Source of the DNA: Eledone cirrhosa
Lineage: Eukaryota
Length of the DNA stretch: 64,000 bases
NCBI GenBank assembly: GCA_964016885.1
Contig: OZ024740.1
Coordinates: 335,048,001-335,112,000 of the forward strand
Direction: 5' to 3'
Part shown: in pieces, positions 41,806 to 59,639 of the stretch
Numbering within the stretch: the first letter of the stretch is position 1
How the letters are laid out: each line of letters begins with the position of its first letter
Notes under the pieces: model-generated
Seen by the model: the letters and a program-made list of their open reading frames with translations, nothing else
Database searches by the model: none
Told to the model about the DNA's origin: nothing
Program-made: the position numbers and the translations under genes

Positions 41806-42313
41806 GCTATTGTACGTCTGTATACATATATGTATGTACGTATACATACATACTTACATTTAAGTAAGTGCCGTACTAAGAGTGAGAAATGAAATTTCGT
41901 TTCATCCTATTCCAACTTATCGTTTTCGGTGCGCCTGGCCGACTGAACTCACTCGATATGCAAATTAGGCTGCTCAGCCGTTAATTTTCATAAGGAAAGT
42001 ATATACTTTCGAACGTTCAACCATCTGGCAGAAGGGTATACGGTGCTGATGATAGCTAAGAAGCTTGAAACTAGTACATCGTTCCTGTGTCAGTGTTGAA
42101 CAAGAGGGTGACGTGGTTGCCTTAACACCGTACGGCATAAATCAGGCTGTCCGTTTGTTTACAAACGGACAAAGCGGACGTTATAATAAACGTCCGCTAA
42201 AGTGATACGTACATATATATATATATGTGTGTACCTGTATGTATATATATATATACATGCTACTGTACGTCTGTATACATATGTGTATGTACGTATACAT
42301 ACATACTTACATT
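41624..42313 (+). mobile_element. retrozyme-like cassette: partial tandem of a 455-nt unit with an inverted 60-bp head
   Basis: 41685-41860 repeats at 42140-42313; 41624-41683 inverted at 41861-41920; two small perfect hairpins per unit. Confidence 0.85.
42040..42082 (+). ncRNA. minimal type I hammerhead ribozyme
   Basis: ACGGTG-CTGATGA-TAGCT(AAGA)AGCTT-GAAA-CTAG-TA-CATCGT; GUA triplet. Confidence 0.88.
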
Positions 42314-42685
<372 letters not shown>

Positions 42686-42759
42686 TATATATATATATTT
42701 ATATATATATATTTATATATATATTTATATATATATATTTATATATATATATATATATA

Positions 42760-44894
42760 TAGAAAAGATGAATATAAAATGAAAGTGCTTTTTTTTTAAA
42801 AGGAATTTATTAGGTATTGACATATGTTTCTGTAACAGACGGAATACCTATGTATCGCTGCTTGCGTAATCATATAATGTTAGCAAGTATTCGATAGCAA
42901 ATGTATAATCAGTTGTCACTTCTTCAGAGATATTGGATAAATTGGAAAAAATCAGAAAAATTTAAGTATTTATATTAGTTGTAATAAAGGAAGAAGAGAG
43001 GGGGATAGTATATGACAGATGGCAATTCTATTTACTGGTAAACAAGTATATAAAGGGTTTCTAATGAGAATACAATGAGTATATTGTTTATTTTATCTAA
43101 ATAAGAATTTTTGGGAGTGCCTATTTTAATCTACACTTGACCAATTGAACAATGGACAGGGCTGGTCGTTTGGTGTAGTAGTATTAATTATAATGTGTCA
43201 ATTAAGGAAGAGGGAGATTTTCACTGCTACTGAATAACAACAATGCTGGTAGCCTGCTGGTATATGCATTAGGGAATTGAATTAAGAAATCTCATTTTAT
43301 CTATAGCAGTTTATATTAAATGGTAAAGAATAGAAGAGGTGATAGAATTAAGACTAGTAGAGAATGTTAATATGTATTTTGACAATCAAACGGAGATAGA
43401 GACAGGCGTTTAATCCTGGTAGTGTTTGTAATATGAAAATGTAGATTTTAAGCGATGGTTACAGTATAACGATCGCTCTATTCTGTTATTTAATAAAATA
43501 TTTTTTGATTTCATAATACAAAATAATTCCATACTACACAATTTACAAAATTCCTGTCCGTGGGTATGTGGAGGGGCATCCGCTATTATATCCCATTTTA
43601 GGTTAAATTCTTGGTTATTTTCGCGCAGCTGCCAAGCCTTGTCTGCGAGTGTTGTTACATAACGCTGGTTTTCATGTTTTATCGAGTAACGATGTCTATA
43701 AAAGCGAGATTTGAAGGAGATGGCTGTAGACCCCACATAGTACCACTTCTGGTTATCCGATTCGATAGTACATTTGTATATGATGTTATAGCTGATGTTT
43801 TACGTGTATTGTTATGTGTTGGAAAGCGTTTATACAACCGTTTTGCGTTAAGCTTTTTTATATGTTGTTTAATATGAGGGGCGGTTGAATATGAAAGTCG
43901 AATAGTGTTAGGGTTTAAGATTTTATTATATTTATGTGATGTTGGAAAGTGTTTTTTAACTAATCGAAAGAATTGTGAGGGTAGATTGGTTTTAATAGAG
44001 TTGTTATAGACCGGGTTGTACTATATATACTCTTTACATCGCCTTCTGTTTGGTGGTGTGCTACTATTAGTGTGTCTATTGCGGTAGTGTATGGTGGTGA
44101 TTCTATGCTATTTCTACCTCTATGAGATTTATTTTGGGTGTTTTGGTGATCGTCGACTATATACTCTATATTATCTAGGTGTCCAGCCTTCCTAAGTGCA
44201 TCATCATAATATTCGGCATGTTCTTTGAAGGTTTTCTGGTCGGACGACAGGCGGGAGATTCTAAAGGAAATATTTCTAGGGATGGATTTAATAATAGAGG
44301 GTGGGTGGTTAGAACTCGTATTTACATATTTAAGGTTCTCATTTAGTTTATGGAACGGTTTAATCGTTTCTGTATTGAGATTCAAAGTAACATCAAGGAA
44401 ATTAACCTCTTTGGGGTTATATTCAAATGTAATATTAATCCCTCTCTTCTTCCTTTATTACAACTAATATAAATACTTCAATCTTTCTGATTTTTTCTAA
44501 TTTATCCAATATCTCTGAAGAAGTGACAACTGATTATACATTTGCTATCGAATACTTGCTAACATTATATGATTACGCAAGCATATGATTAGGTGGTGGA
44601 TTGGCAGTATCGGTAGAGGGTCGGACGCCATGCTTTCCAGCATAGTTACGTCCCTTTACGATCTGAGTTCAAATCCCGCCGAGGTTAACTTTGCCTTTCA
44701 TCCTTACAGGGTCGATAAAATAAAGTACCAGTAATGAACTGGATAATTGCTGGCCTTGTGCCTAAAGTAGAAACAATTATATGATTACGCAAGCAGCGAT
44801 AAATAGGTATTCCGTCTATTACAGAAACATATGTCAATACCAAATAAGTTCCTTTTTAAAAAAAAGCACTTTCATTTTATATTCATCTTTTCTA
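42760..44894 (-). mobile_element. 5'-truncated Penelope-like element (RT thumb + C-terminal GIY-YIG endonuclease) with inverted pseudo-LTRs
   Basis: EVNFLDVTLNL...YVNTSSNHPPSIIKSIP; KHFPTSHKYNKILNPNTIRLSYS; IIYKC...YVGSTAISFKSRFYRH...CKLCSMELFCI...LLNNRIE...CNH; 42760-43002 inverted at 44440-44894; TA arrays on both sides. Confidence 0.92.
44592..44780 (+). mobile_element. young tRNA-derived SINE with 20-bp target-site duplication
   Basis: ATTATATGATTACGCAAGCA at 44564-44583 and 44776-44795; empty site in the sister pLTR near 42859-42878. Confidence 0.93.
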
Positions 44895-45000
44895 CATTTT
44901 CTCCGGAATTTAATTCATACTCGTTGAGCAAACCTACAGGTACGCTGTTCATCTCTGACGTGACGATATATTATCACTACATTATTGATAACCTGAAATG

Positions 45001-45052
<52 letters not shown>

Positions 45053-45074
45053 TTATTTATATATATATATTTAA

Positions 45075-45121
<47 letters not shown>

Positions 45122-45143
45122 TTATTTATATATATATATTTAA

Positions 45144-45187
<44 letters not shown>

Positions 45188-45296
45188 TATATATATAAAT
45201 ATATATATATAAATATATATATATATAAATATATATAAATATAAATATACATAAATATATATATATATATATAAATATAAATATATATAAATATAT

Positions 45297-45435
<139 letters not shown>

Positions 45436-45499
45436 AATATATATATAAATATATATATATATATAAATATATAAATAAATATATATATATATAAATATT

Positions 45500-45600
<101 letters not shown>

Positions 45601-45625
45601 AATATAAATATATATATATATAAAT

Positions 45626-45788
<163 letters not shown>

Positions 45789-45791
45789 AAT

Positions 45792-45824
<33 letters not shown>

Positions 45825-45841
45825 AATAAATATAAATATAT

Positions 45842-45872
<31 letters not shown>

Positions 45873-45883
45873 AATAAATATAT

Positions 45884-45916
<33 letters not shown>

Positions 45917-45961
45917 AATATATATATATAAATATATATATATATAAATATATATATATAA

Positions 45962-46011
<50 letters not shown>

Positions 46012-46023
46012 GAATAAATATAT

Positions 46024-46068
<45 letters not shown>

Positions 46069-46079
46069 TATATATATAT

Positions 46080-46156
<77 letters not shown>

Positions 46157-46237
46157 AATATATAAATAAATATATATATATGTATATAAATATATATATA
46201 TATATATAAATATATATAAATAATATATATATATATA

Positions 46238-46314
<77 letters not shown>

Positions 46315-46364
46315 TATATATAAATATATATATATATATTTAAATATATATATATATATATATT

Positions 46365-46422
<58 letters not shown>

Positions 46423-46532
46423 TATATATATAAATATATATATATGTATATATATTTATATTATATATATATATTTATATATATATATATATTTATTTAT
46501 ATTATATATATATATATTTATATATATATATA

Positions 46533-46583
<51 letters not shown>

Positions 46584-46870
46584 TTATATATATATATATT
46601 TATTTATATATATATATATATAAATATATGTAGATAAATCTACCAAGAGTTTACGGTAGATCTGTTGTACATAGATCTGTTGAATATGCATGCCAATTCT
46701 AACACATATATATCCTAGAAACGATCGTTAAATAATGAACTTTTTTTCTGTTTAATATAAGGAACTGTTTCATTGTTTTATTCATTATTTTTTTAATATT
46801 TTATATAAATATATATATATATATAAATATATATATATATAAATATATATATATATAAATAAATATATAT

Positions 46871-46907
<37 letters not shown>

Positions 46908-46910
46908 AAT

Positions 46911-46963
<53 letters not shown>

Positions 46964-47114
46964 TATATATATATATATATAAATATATATAGGAGGTGAG
47001 TTTTATTGTAGTACAATAAAGCAATGCAGATATCGGATAAGAAGCACTCTACAGTTTGTAGGACTGGAGTATACATAATATAAGATCAAAAGATGGTTAA
47101 AGGAGTTCCATGTA

Positions 47115-47181
47115 TTTTATTATGCGCATTTCAAAAACAAACATCATCATGCAATAATATTTGTGTTTTCATCAGATAAAA
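47115..47181 (-). ncRNA. minimal type I hammerhead ribozyme (left arm; host-sense strand)
   Basis: exact mirror of 47294-47360. Confidence 0.85.
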
Positions 47182-47293
47182 CAGGAGAACATGATATGAA
47201 GGCTAAAAAACACTTGTGGATAGTGCAGTTTTATGTTGATTTAAAACTGCACTATCCACAAGTGTTTTTTAGCCTCCATATCATGTTCTCCTG

Positions 47294-47360
47294 TTTTATC
47301 TGATGAAAACACAAATATTATTGCATGATGATGTTTGTTTTTGAAATGCGCATAATAAAA
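47294..47360 (+). ncRNA. minimal type I hammerhead ribozyme (right arm)
   Basis: TTTTAT-CTGATGA-AAACACAAATAT(...)ATGTTTGTTTTT-GAAA-TGCGCA-TA-ATAAAA. Confidence 0.85.
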
Positions 47361-47397
47361 TACATGGAACTCCTTTAACCGTCTTTTGATCTTATAT

Positions 47398-47473
<76 letters not shown>

Positions 47474-47502
47474 TAAATATATATATATATAAATAAATAT
47501 AT

Positions 47503-47533
<31 letters not shown>

Positions 47534-47534
47534 A

Positions 47535-47585
<51 letters not shown>

Positions 47586-47586
47586 A

Positions 47587-47637
<51 letters not shown>

Positions 47638-47638
47638 A

Positions 47639-47687
<49 letters not shown>

Positions 47688-47688
47688 A

Positions 47689-47727
<39 letters not shown>

Positions 47728-47742
47728 TATATATATATATAA

Positions 47743-47781
<39 letters not shown>

Positions 47782-47837
47782 TATATATATATAAATATAT
47801 AATATATATATATAAATATATAAATAAATATATATAT

Positions 47838-47876
<39 letters not shown>

Positions 47877-47899
47877 AATAATATATATATATATATATA

Positions 47900-47930
<31 letters not shown>

Positions 47931-47931
47931 T

Positions 47932-47962
<31 letters not shown>

Positions 47963-47992
47963 TATATATATATATATAAATATATATATATA

Positions 47993-48131
<139 letters not shown>

Positions 48132-48134
48132 ATA

Positions 48135-48225
<91 letters not shown>

Positions 48226-48266
48226 TTATATATATATATTTATATATATATATTTATATATATATA

Positions 48267-50894
<2,628 letters not shown>

Positions 50895-53519
50895 ATTTAT
50901 ATATATATATATTTATATAAAGAAATTGATTTGATCGTTCAGTCAATTTTCGTTAGAGTCATCAATTCCGAATAAATCATCCAGAAATAATGAGTGAAAT
51001 CATCTTTTTCAGACGATTAAGCAAATGCTACGTCTCAGTCTGCTTTTCTTGAAGTAATCTTTATTTCTTAGGTAACCTGTTATATTTCATACGTTGCACT
51101 TAACCGGATGATGAATATTGGACTACCAAAATTCTGCCGATTTAAAACAAATTTATAAGAGTCCAATTTTGATATAAAACCCTCTAACCATGGTTTTACA
51201 TATATTTTAACATCTTCATCTCGGCTGTTAGGGTTACTCGCTACAAAAGTAAATTGTATTCAAAGAAACTTTTCCTACCAAATTTTTTTCATTTTAACTT
51301 TTTTCTTCTTTTCTTGTAGACGATAATATGAGTTTTACCTTTCACATAATAAAATATCGTTACGCTAAAGTTTATGTAAAGGGTTAAATTTAATCGAAAG
51401 TTTTCTGAGCCAAAATGTCACGGCTTAATAGTGAAATTTATTAATTTACGATGAAAGTGTCTGAGATTCCTGATAAAATTATTTTGGAGTCTGTGAGGAG
51501 TAAGCAAAATACGAAATTGAATTTGACAGCGATTGAAATTAAACTGATACATTGAAGTTAAACAGGAAAAAAATAAAAAGTAAATGAACATATAAATGTA
51601 AAAAGCTACGTAGATACGTTGAAATGATCAATAGTAATATTTAGTTGTCACATGGTTTTACTTAAAACTTCCAATGTGTTGATCGCAGCTATATCCAGCC
51701 TGAAATCAGATTTTGAAAACTTTGTTGAGATGAAACATTGTGTATTTAAAAGCATTAGCTTTTAAATTGTTACATATTGATTTCTAATACGAGCACAACA
51801 CAATAGAAGGGCAATATATATAACCAGTTAAATCTTCTCCTGCATTTGAACGGTAATTTAATCTATAGTACGAGAAGGAAATAGGTAGAATACACTCGCC
51901 AGAATATGAACACAGACCGAAATGACCGCAAATCAATAAAATCGGGATTTCAACTGATGGAGGGAAGAACATGGACGGAGAGAGAAGTTTGGAGTTCTAG
52001 TCCAAACGCATGCAAGAGAGTGAGCTATACCAAAAGTGGGTGTGATGGTAATCTTATAACTTTATTTTCAAACGTTTTTTATGGTCATGCTGTCAATTTA
52101 TACATTCTACATCATAGTGCACTATCGAGTGTGTTCTTCCGTTTTAAAGTAAAATTGTAATGTGGTTTGAAGGAAATGTGGATGAAATTATTGCATACCA
52201 ACTGACCACATAAAATATAAAAAGATTTAAGCCCGTATAAAAAAAAACTGTTATTAGATTCGAGGAGGAAATAGTACAGCACCATACTAAATATATTGAT
52301 GTTTAATTTCCTATCATTCTTTCCGATTTTAAATCTCTGATCTTATTTGCTCCACATTTTCTAAATAGGTACTATAATTGGCTAAATTCGATAGATATTT
52401 TTCAATAAAATTTAGCCTCATGCATAGCCAAAAGAACCAGAAAGAATATATTATTAATCACTTAGTAATTAAATCTGAAGCTGCAGAATTATTGAACAGG
52501 GGAAATGCAATTTGTCGCCAATAATATATACACAACCAGGAGTGTATTCTTCTGTTCTTTTCTATGCATATTCCTTTGTTCCTGAAACTATATAATAATG
52601 CATATAGAGAATTTATGTATTCTGTTTTATATTTTAATAGAACGACAATTTCAATCACAGCAATTATACCTTTCTGTTACAGTTATTATTGCCTGTATGA
52701 AATAAAAATCGATTTTGACATTTTTTAATTCTCTTAGTATTCGAATAGAATACGAACTGATCTTTCCAACAGCACAGAGATATTTGATAAATGATAATCT
52801 ATATCTAGGTTTGTGGTTTAACAAATCTTTTAAAGATTCAGATGAAATTTTGTGTGGTATTTTGTTACGACCCTTTATATTCAGTGTTTAAATTCCGCCG
52901 TGAGAGAGCGGCATTCAGTCGTGCGATAATTATAAAACATCAAATACGTATAAGTTGAGTACGGGTATCAACATATTTGGTAAATCAAACCCGCATAAAA
53001 ATATTAAATAGGGATAATCACTCGTGTATGTATACCTCTTGTTACAGAAATTACAGGAAATTACGCATGATTTTCCAACAGACAAAAGATATCAATGTCC
53101 TTTATACTTACGCAGTAATCATGACCACTAAAGTAACAATAGAATCGCAGCGAAAAGAACAACATAGTATGGTGTGATCAGATTGTTTGGAAAAGAAAGC
53201 TTTACGGAGGTATTCTGCTCAAAAACCAGTAATGTCCGCACATGTAATATTGGACGTAAACCTCCACCAGCCTCTACGCTCACATTCTCACTTCTCGTCA
53301 AATATGAAACGGAAGAGGGGGACACACTAAAGCATAGTAAAAGACGCCATGATAAAATGAAGCAACAAAACAGTGTCAGTAAGATTAAAAAGAAAAAGAA
53401 CTGAAAAGAACTCAACTCACACATACATATATATGTATATATGAACCTTGCAATTCTTCGAAAGATGGTGAGTTTGTGAATTAGATAACCCATATAAAAG
53501 GAAGGGAAATCGAACAATA

Positions 53520-54260
53520 CTTATTGTATCCTGAAGTATGTGCACTAAGGTGTGGGGATACAAACGTAGTTTAAAAGATCCAAATAGTAGAAGTGCCTCA
53601 TTGATTTCCGATTAAAGGTAGAGAATTTGATGGGACAGCGCTGGTGTAAAATATCAGGGTAAGCAGATCTCTATGCAGACTTTTAGCAGGGATTTTTTGG
53701 ACTGTTTAAGAAGGGTGAAGCATTGACATTGTTGAACCTTACATTGTAAAGAGGTTTCAGTCTACATCTGCCATGATGGCGCACTAATCATCCACAAATG
53801 AGTGATAGGAAAGAGTATTCTTGCTAAAAGCTAACTTCAGCGTTTGAATGATTGTATTTTACAGTGAAATCTTTTCCGTGGAAATGGTGGTAGATTGCCA
53901 CAAAAAAAAACAATTTTGATTTGCAATCTCACTTCTTCTTCCTCGTTATTTTATATCTTGACTGTTGAATACTGGGTATGCAGTGATCCGATGATCTGTT
54001 GAGAGGCGACATTCGGGTCTACATTCGCAAATGACTTACACATTAAACTTAACATATCGAGAGCCTCCAGAAGCAACGGTCTAATAAAAGTCCATGGTCG
54101 CAAATGAAAACATAACTACTGACAGGGTATCTCATTTTCTCCCCCAAAACGTTCTAAAGAAATTGGTTCGAATGTCAGGATGTGGTAGTGAACGCATATG
54201 ACACCTGCATATATTATCGCTTAGCCGTCAAAAGGAGAAGGATAGTTTATTACAGACACA
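53520..54260 (+). mobile_element. highly decayed Tc1/mariner transposase remnant
   Basis: CHDGALIIH resembles QQDGAPAH; downstream sequence faintly resembles SPDLNPLDY.VW. Confidence 0.35.
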
Positions 54261-55526
54261 TCAACAATCATTGTAAACAGATTTACTTTTAGACATGAAT
54301 TGGCAAGCATTTGTAGAAGGCTTACACCTCAGTAGGGATATATCACTTTTAGTTGTTTTTTGTCGGATTGAATCAATGTAACGACAGACATAGGTTATAC
54401 GATGGAACATTAAATATGATTTCCATAGTAATGCTGTTTTGTTCGAAATAAAAACAAATTTCGTAGAGACGGTTAAATAAGTATTGAAATTGATATTTCT
54501 GTGATGTTTCAGGTTTTTAACTGAATTTAATTCTTCTTCGTCAAACTAAATATTCAAACTTCCTCGGGCATACAAGAGGTTTCCATTCTTTAATCTATTC
54601 AGAAAACTCAGATTTAGTGAAAATCTTGTTTATTGCGTATATATTTATAACCAAAAATATTTATCTCTTCTTAATATTACATTCGTCGTTAGATTAACAG
54701 AGCGTTTCTCATGGTATTTCGTTTTAAATGTTTTCAGTTCTGTTTCTCAATCCCGCTGGAGTTAACCTTCTTTTATTTTACCTTTCTGGGATCGATAAAA
54801 ACCACCTAAAATGAAGTTGAATGAGTCGATATTAATCATCCATATATGAGGATGTGTGACTGTAAAAAAGCAATATAAGATATGCACCTGATTAGTAAAT
54901 ATTTTAAATTTCAAACCTAACACTTCTAACATTCTCGAATTCATCTGCAAATATATGAAATTAGTGGAATGCCAACTGTTCCATGTGTAATTTTGACGCA
55001 CTTTATTATATTTGAACTCCTTTATCAGGCGGATATCGCCTGATAAAACTAATCATTGAAAACAATGCCTTGTGTGTTCTGAATTCAAATTCGTAATTGT
55101 TAAATGTACTATTTAGGTTATGGTTATGTCTAGAAAACATATACAATACTGGGAAATTGCTTCATTCGACTATGCATCTATGATCTCTATTTTAGCCGGA
55201 TACATTTAATGTTCAGCCTTTCTTCATTGCTGGACGTTAATTAACATTAATATAAGATTTTAATTATCTAAACTACATGTCTCAGTAGATGATTACCCGA
55301 GGAGCAATAGTAAAAGAAAAACATGTTGATGATAAGAGAGGCATACCACTTATGTTCAGATCCTGAAAGTGTAAAGATAATATAGTATGATAAGGTTTAG
55401 TTTTAGAGGGTATTGCGGAAGACTGGCAAGTAAGATAGAGAGGAGAGTGTGAGAAATAGAAAGCTGGGAGAGAAGGTTAGGATAAAGAAAAATAATTACA
55501 TCAATAAGGAAATAATGAAGACCTAC

Positions 55527-55637
55527 CTTAATCGTTGACATTATCTTAGTGTCGTTTTCTTCAATCATTTTTTCGTCCATATCTGGGGGACGTTCCAATC
55601 TAATATTGAGCCCTACATCATCTGTCCATTCTCCTAT
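55527..55637 (-). CDS. iGluR exon (ATD-S1 linker)
   Basis: cag|ATA acceptor, AAG|gtaggt donor; 111 nt, phase 0-0; IGEWTDDVGLNIRLERPPDMDEKMIEENDTKIMSTIK (IG.W....GL motif); in frame with both neighbouring exons. Confidence 0.88.
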
Positions 55638-57114
55638 CTGAAGGATCAAACAATAAAGTATCTGAATTGAGATGCACTTCAAGGCATAATACAAACGAGT
55701 TAAATAAAAAAAAGCATCACCAACATCACCAACAACAGAGACATCTTTAATTTATTTGTTATTCTGCAAGAACATTCATAATGTAGTTGAAAATACTAAT
55801 GTTAAAACTTATATCAGTTTGCTGCGCAGATTAGTAATGGTACATCAGAATGTTGTGACATTCATCCTATATCTTTTCCAAAGTAATGGAGTCAATACGT
55901 TTGATAGACTGTTAATAAGCTGAAAAACTGTAATCGATACCGGGCTGCTGAGAACTTGCAGCCACAAAATTACACCTTCCACAGTAATTTTAAACTTGAT
56001 GATAGTAATAAAAATATAGAATCTCAAGAAACGGTAAATCATGGTTTAGAAGTTTCTTCCCTACAAAACTATCCATCATCATGAGTGTTGCAATAAAAAT
56101 GACTGAAGAGTAGATTTCAAAAATGGCAGACATACTAAAAGTTGCATCGATATGTAACTGTGAATTCGATACTTAGAGAAAAGCAAACAACACGAATAAA
56201 ATGTTGCAAAAAATCAGAGAAACGTTATTGGTAGACCAATCATACAGACAATTTCATCCTCAGTTAACTACTATATGTCAAATTAGAAAATGTCAAACAT
56301 AAATCTAGCAACTATCTTTTTTAAATAAGAGATGCCAATTATTATTGCTATTAGGAGCTTTGCTTCTGATTCTCTTAAACCTATCATCATTTCACGAAAG
56401 ATAAAGAACCGATTGTTTAGATGAGTTTATCACCGTTACTCATCATTTGTATATTTATTTATGTCATCACTATACTACCCGCATAAAACAGATGATTTGG
56501 CACAAATAATATATGTTTGCAGTATTGATTCTCGTTCTAAATTCCATGTGCGTGTACACAACCTATGTTTTTTTGCATGAATATGTGCATCCGCTTTGTA
56601 TAGGGGTGATCATATGAGTGTGAGTATATGTGTGAGTGCGCATGTATTATGTTTCTATGAAAGTGCATTTACGCGTGTACATGTGTATTATCCCATTAGT
56701 TATTTAGGCTGAGAGATTTTCAGTATGCACATAGAGAAATACTGCTAAGCTTGATTAATTTTATTCAGCTAGACATTATGTCAGTAAATATGTTTATATG
56801 TTTAAAATGTGTTCATTAAGGTTGCTTCATAGAGACAACCATTTTTGGATTAAGGACTGTGAGAAGTAATTTAATAGGTTTAAAAAATCAAAAGCTGAAG
56901 GGTCCTATCCAACAGAAGAAGAAAGCATTATATAAAATAATTAAATATCTCTGTTTCCAGACATGTATGTATATGTACATGTAAAACAGTGTCAGAGGAA
57001 TCTAGTATTACTCAGTTTCAGCAATGATTCTACATGGAAATGCATGAATTTGAGTAAGAATGTACACAAGTGAAATTTAATGTTCTCTCCTTCATCTGCT
57101 AGAGAATGAAGTGA

Positions 57115-57160
<46 letters not shown>

Positions 57161-57855
57161 ACTAGGAAACAGCCACTAAAAGTCAGAGTCCTCTTTTCCA
57201 CACGAGATACGAATTCATTTAAACTGCTGATCTGATGTTAGCTAATTTAGTAAAATATTTTATTCATTTTGGTATTATTATGTCACATACATTTATATAT
57301 TTTTATATACGTATCTGTATTCTTGAAATGAAATTAATAGGAGTGGTGATTGAGGAAAGGACAACTGAATAATACCTTTCTATTATGATTGTATAAGAAC
57401 TCGAATACGCTAGTGATGAAATTCCGCTTTTCAGCTTAAGGAATAAAAAGTAAGAAGCTTTCGACCTCAAAACAAAATACTATTGTTTAAAATATTTCAA
57501 CTAAACCTCATATATCAAGAGCAAATGCAAAACCAACATATTTCAATTGATATGGAATATCCCATTTTGCATCGATACTTCGAAGAAATTGAACAGCAAA
57601 TATATTTATGGATAAATGCTCCAGACACCAAAAATACTTTATGGGAATACACACACGTGTTTAAAAAGAGTTAGTTTAGTAATATAAGGAAATTGTTCAA
57701 ATAATGTTGATAATGTCACAAGATTATCTGACAGATGATACTATGTGTGCACAGATGAAATTTCAGAGTAACAAGGTTCACCACATCCATAATAAATGAA
57801 TGTTTAAGCTCGAATTCGGTATTGAGTATTCAATCTCTAATCCGTCAATAATACT

Positions 57856-57923
<68 letters not shown>

Positions 57924-59313
57924 TGTGTGTGTATGTGTGTGTGTGTATGTATCTATATATACATGTATATATACATATACATAATATAATAATATATATA
58001 TATCGTTATCCATGCTAGTCGATACATCGATCGCCATCGATCAATCTGCACTCTGAAACGATCGTAAAACGATGAACTCTCTATCTTCTTACACCTAACA
58101 TCTGTTTTTATTGTTCTATGCCCAAACACACACAGACATAAATATATATATATATATATATATGTGAGTGCGTGTGTGTGTGTGAGTGTGTGTGTGTGCA
58201 TAGAAGTAAGGCGAGATAAATAGATTGATAATGTTGAGAGTAAATGCTTGCATTAGGTATATATAAAAGGATACTAATATTAGAAACTGTTCTAATATTT
58301 TCACCTCAGTGAACATAATAGGTACCCTTAGGTACACAAAATCACGGAATGCGGATATTAGATGACAAAAAGCGCAAATGAGAAACCTTAATTTAGTGAA
58401 ATTACTTTTATCATCAGGTTTAGAAACACCTCTACCATCGTCATTAGGCCAAATTTCAGACACATTTATGTAATGAATGTCTGCCGTGAATGTCTACAAA
58501 AGTAAAAATCAAAATAACCGATAGCAATATCCATTAAATTAGGTGGGCCAAACTTATAAAAACTTTATTGATTTGAGTCGAAAACAAACTGTCTGTTAAC
58601 CTCATATTTCATCCATAGATCAATAAACATTTGAATGTGAGGTAAAAGATTGTGCCCCGCATAGAATTAAATACAACGATTTATTTGTCATCTTACACTC
58701 AATGCGATTAAATTCACTAATATTTATTCATATATCACAAACAAATCTGATAAATAATGTTTAATGTTTTTAGTTGTTTTGCGCCTCTGTCTCAAACAAA
58801 TGGTACAGTTGATGACCCATAGTTGAATTAGTAGTCTGGCTTTTATAGCTCTAGATATTGTAAGATTACAAGTTAGTAGGTTTTTGTGAACGAAATTCAA
58901 TTAATTATTGATAAAACCAACTTCCGATTTTTTATCGCTTAGTGAAAAACGGCAGTACCAGTGACCGTTTTATAGGTCCTTCGAGAAAGGTGGTGGGAAG
59001 ATTGTTCCAGCAAAGGGAACAACGTAAAAGAAACTATGATTGTTTTAAACTGGGTGGCGATTAATTTATTTAAAGAAATATATGAGCTGATTCAATGAGC
59101 ATACGCTATTTACTTCCTGGTTATTTCGAGCGCAAGTGGCATGATTTCTGAAAGTCGATTTTATTCATTGAAATTATTATAAAGGACGTCCTCTTTAATT
59201 CTAGCATATGTCTAATTGTGCAAAAGATAAATACTATATGAATTAGATGGTCCCAAATGAATAATCGAAAATCAAAACAATTTAAATTGCCTTGTGATAG
59301 AAAAATCACTTAC

Positions 59314-59421
59314 ATTTTGTAACTGTTTTCCATAACTTAACTGCAACACGTCTAGTTTAACATTCTTTCGTTGAAGGTTGTCGTCAAAGGATACCGTGCC
59401 AGTGAGTCCAGTGAAATTCAC
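59314..59421 (-). CDS. AMPA-type ionotropic glutamate receptor, internal exon (end of amino-terminal domain)
   Basis: cag|GTG acceptor, AAT|gtaagt donor; 108 nt, phase 0-0; VNFTGLTGTVSFDDNLQRKNVKLDVLQLSYGKQLQN matches the iGluR ATD motif F.GLTG.V.FD..G.R. Confidence 0.9.
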
Positions 59422-59594
59422 CTGTTCAACAAAAGAAAAGAGCAATAAAAATGTGACTGAGACCTTAGAATACATAAATATATAACAAGGTCATTAATGT
59501 TGATAGCAAAAATTGCACTGTCATGTTAATAATATCAGAAGTTCAATATCATAAATTTTGAAATTATGCACAACGATCATTATCATTTGCCTGT

Positions 59595-59639
<45 letters not shown>

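Larger units (their letters stand above)
47075..47400. repeat. 326-bp near-perfect palindrome with a hammerhead in each arm
   Basis: centre ~47237; about two mismatches between arms. Confidence 0.95.
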
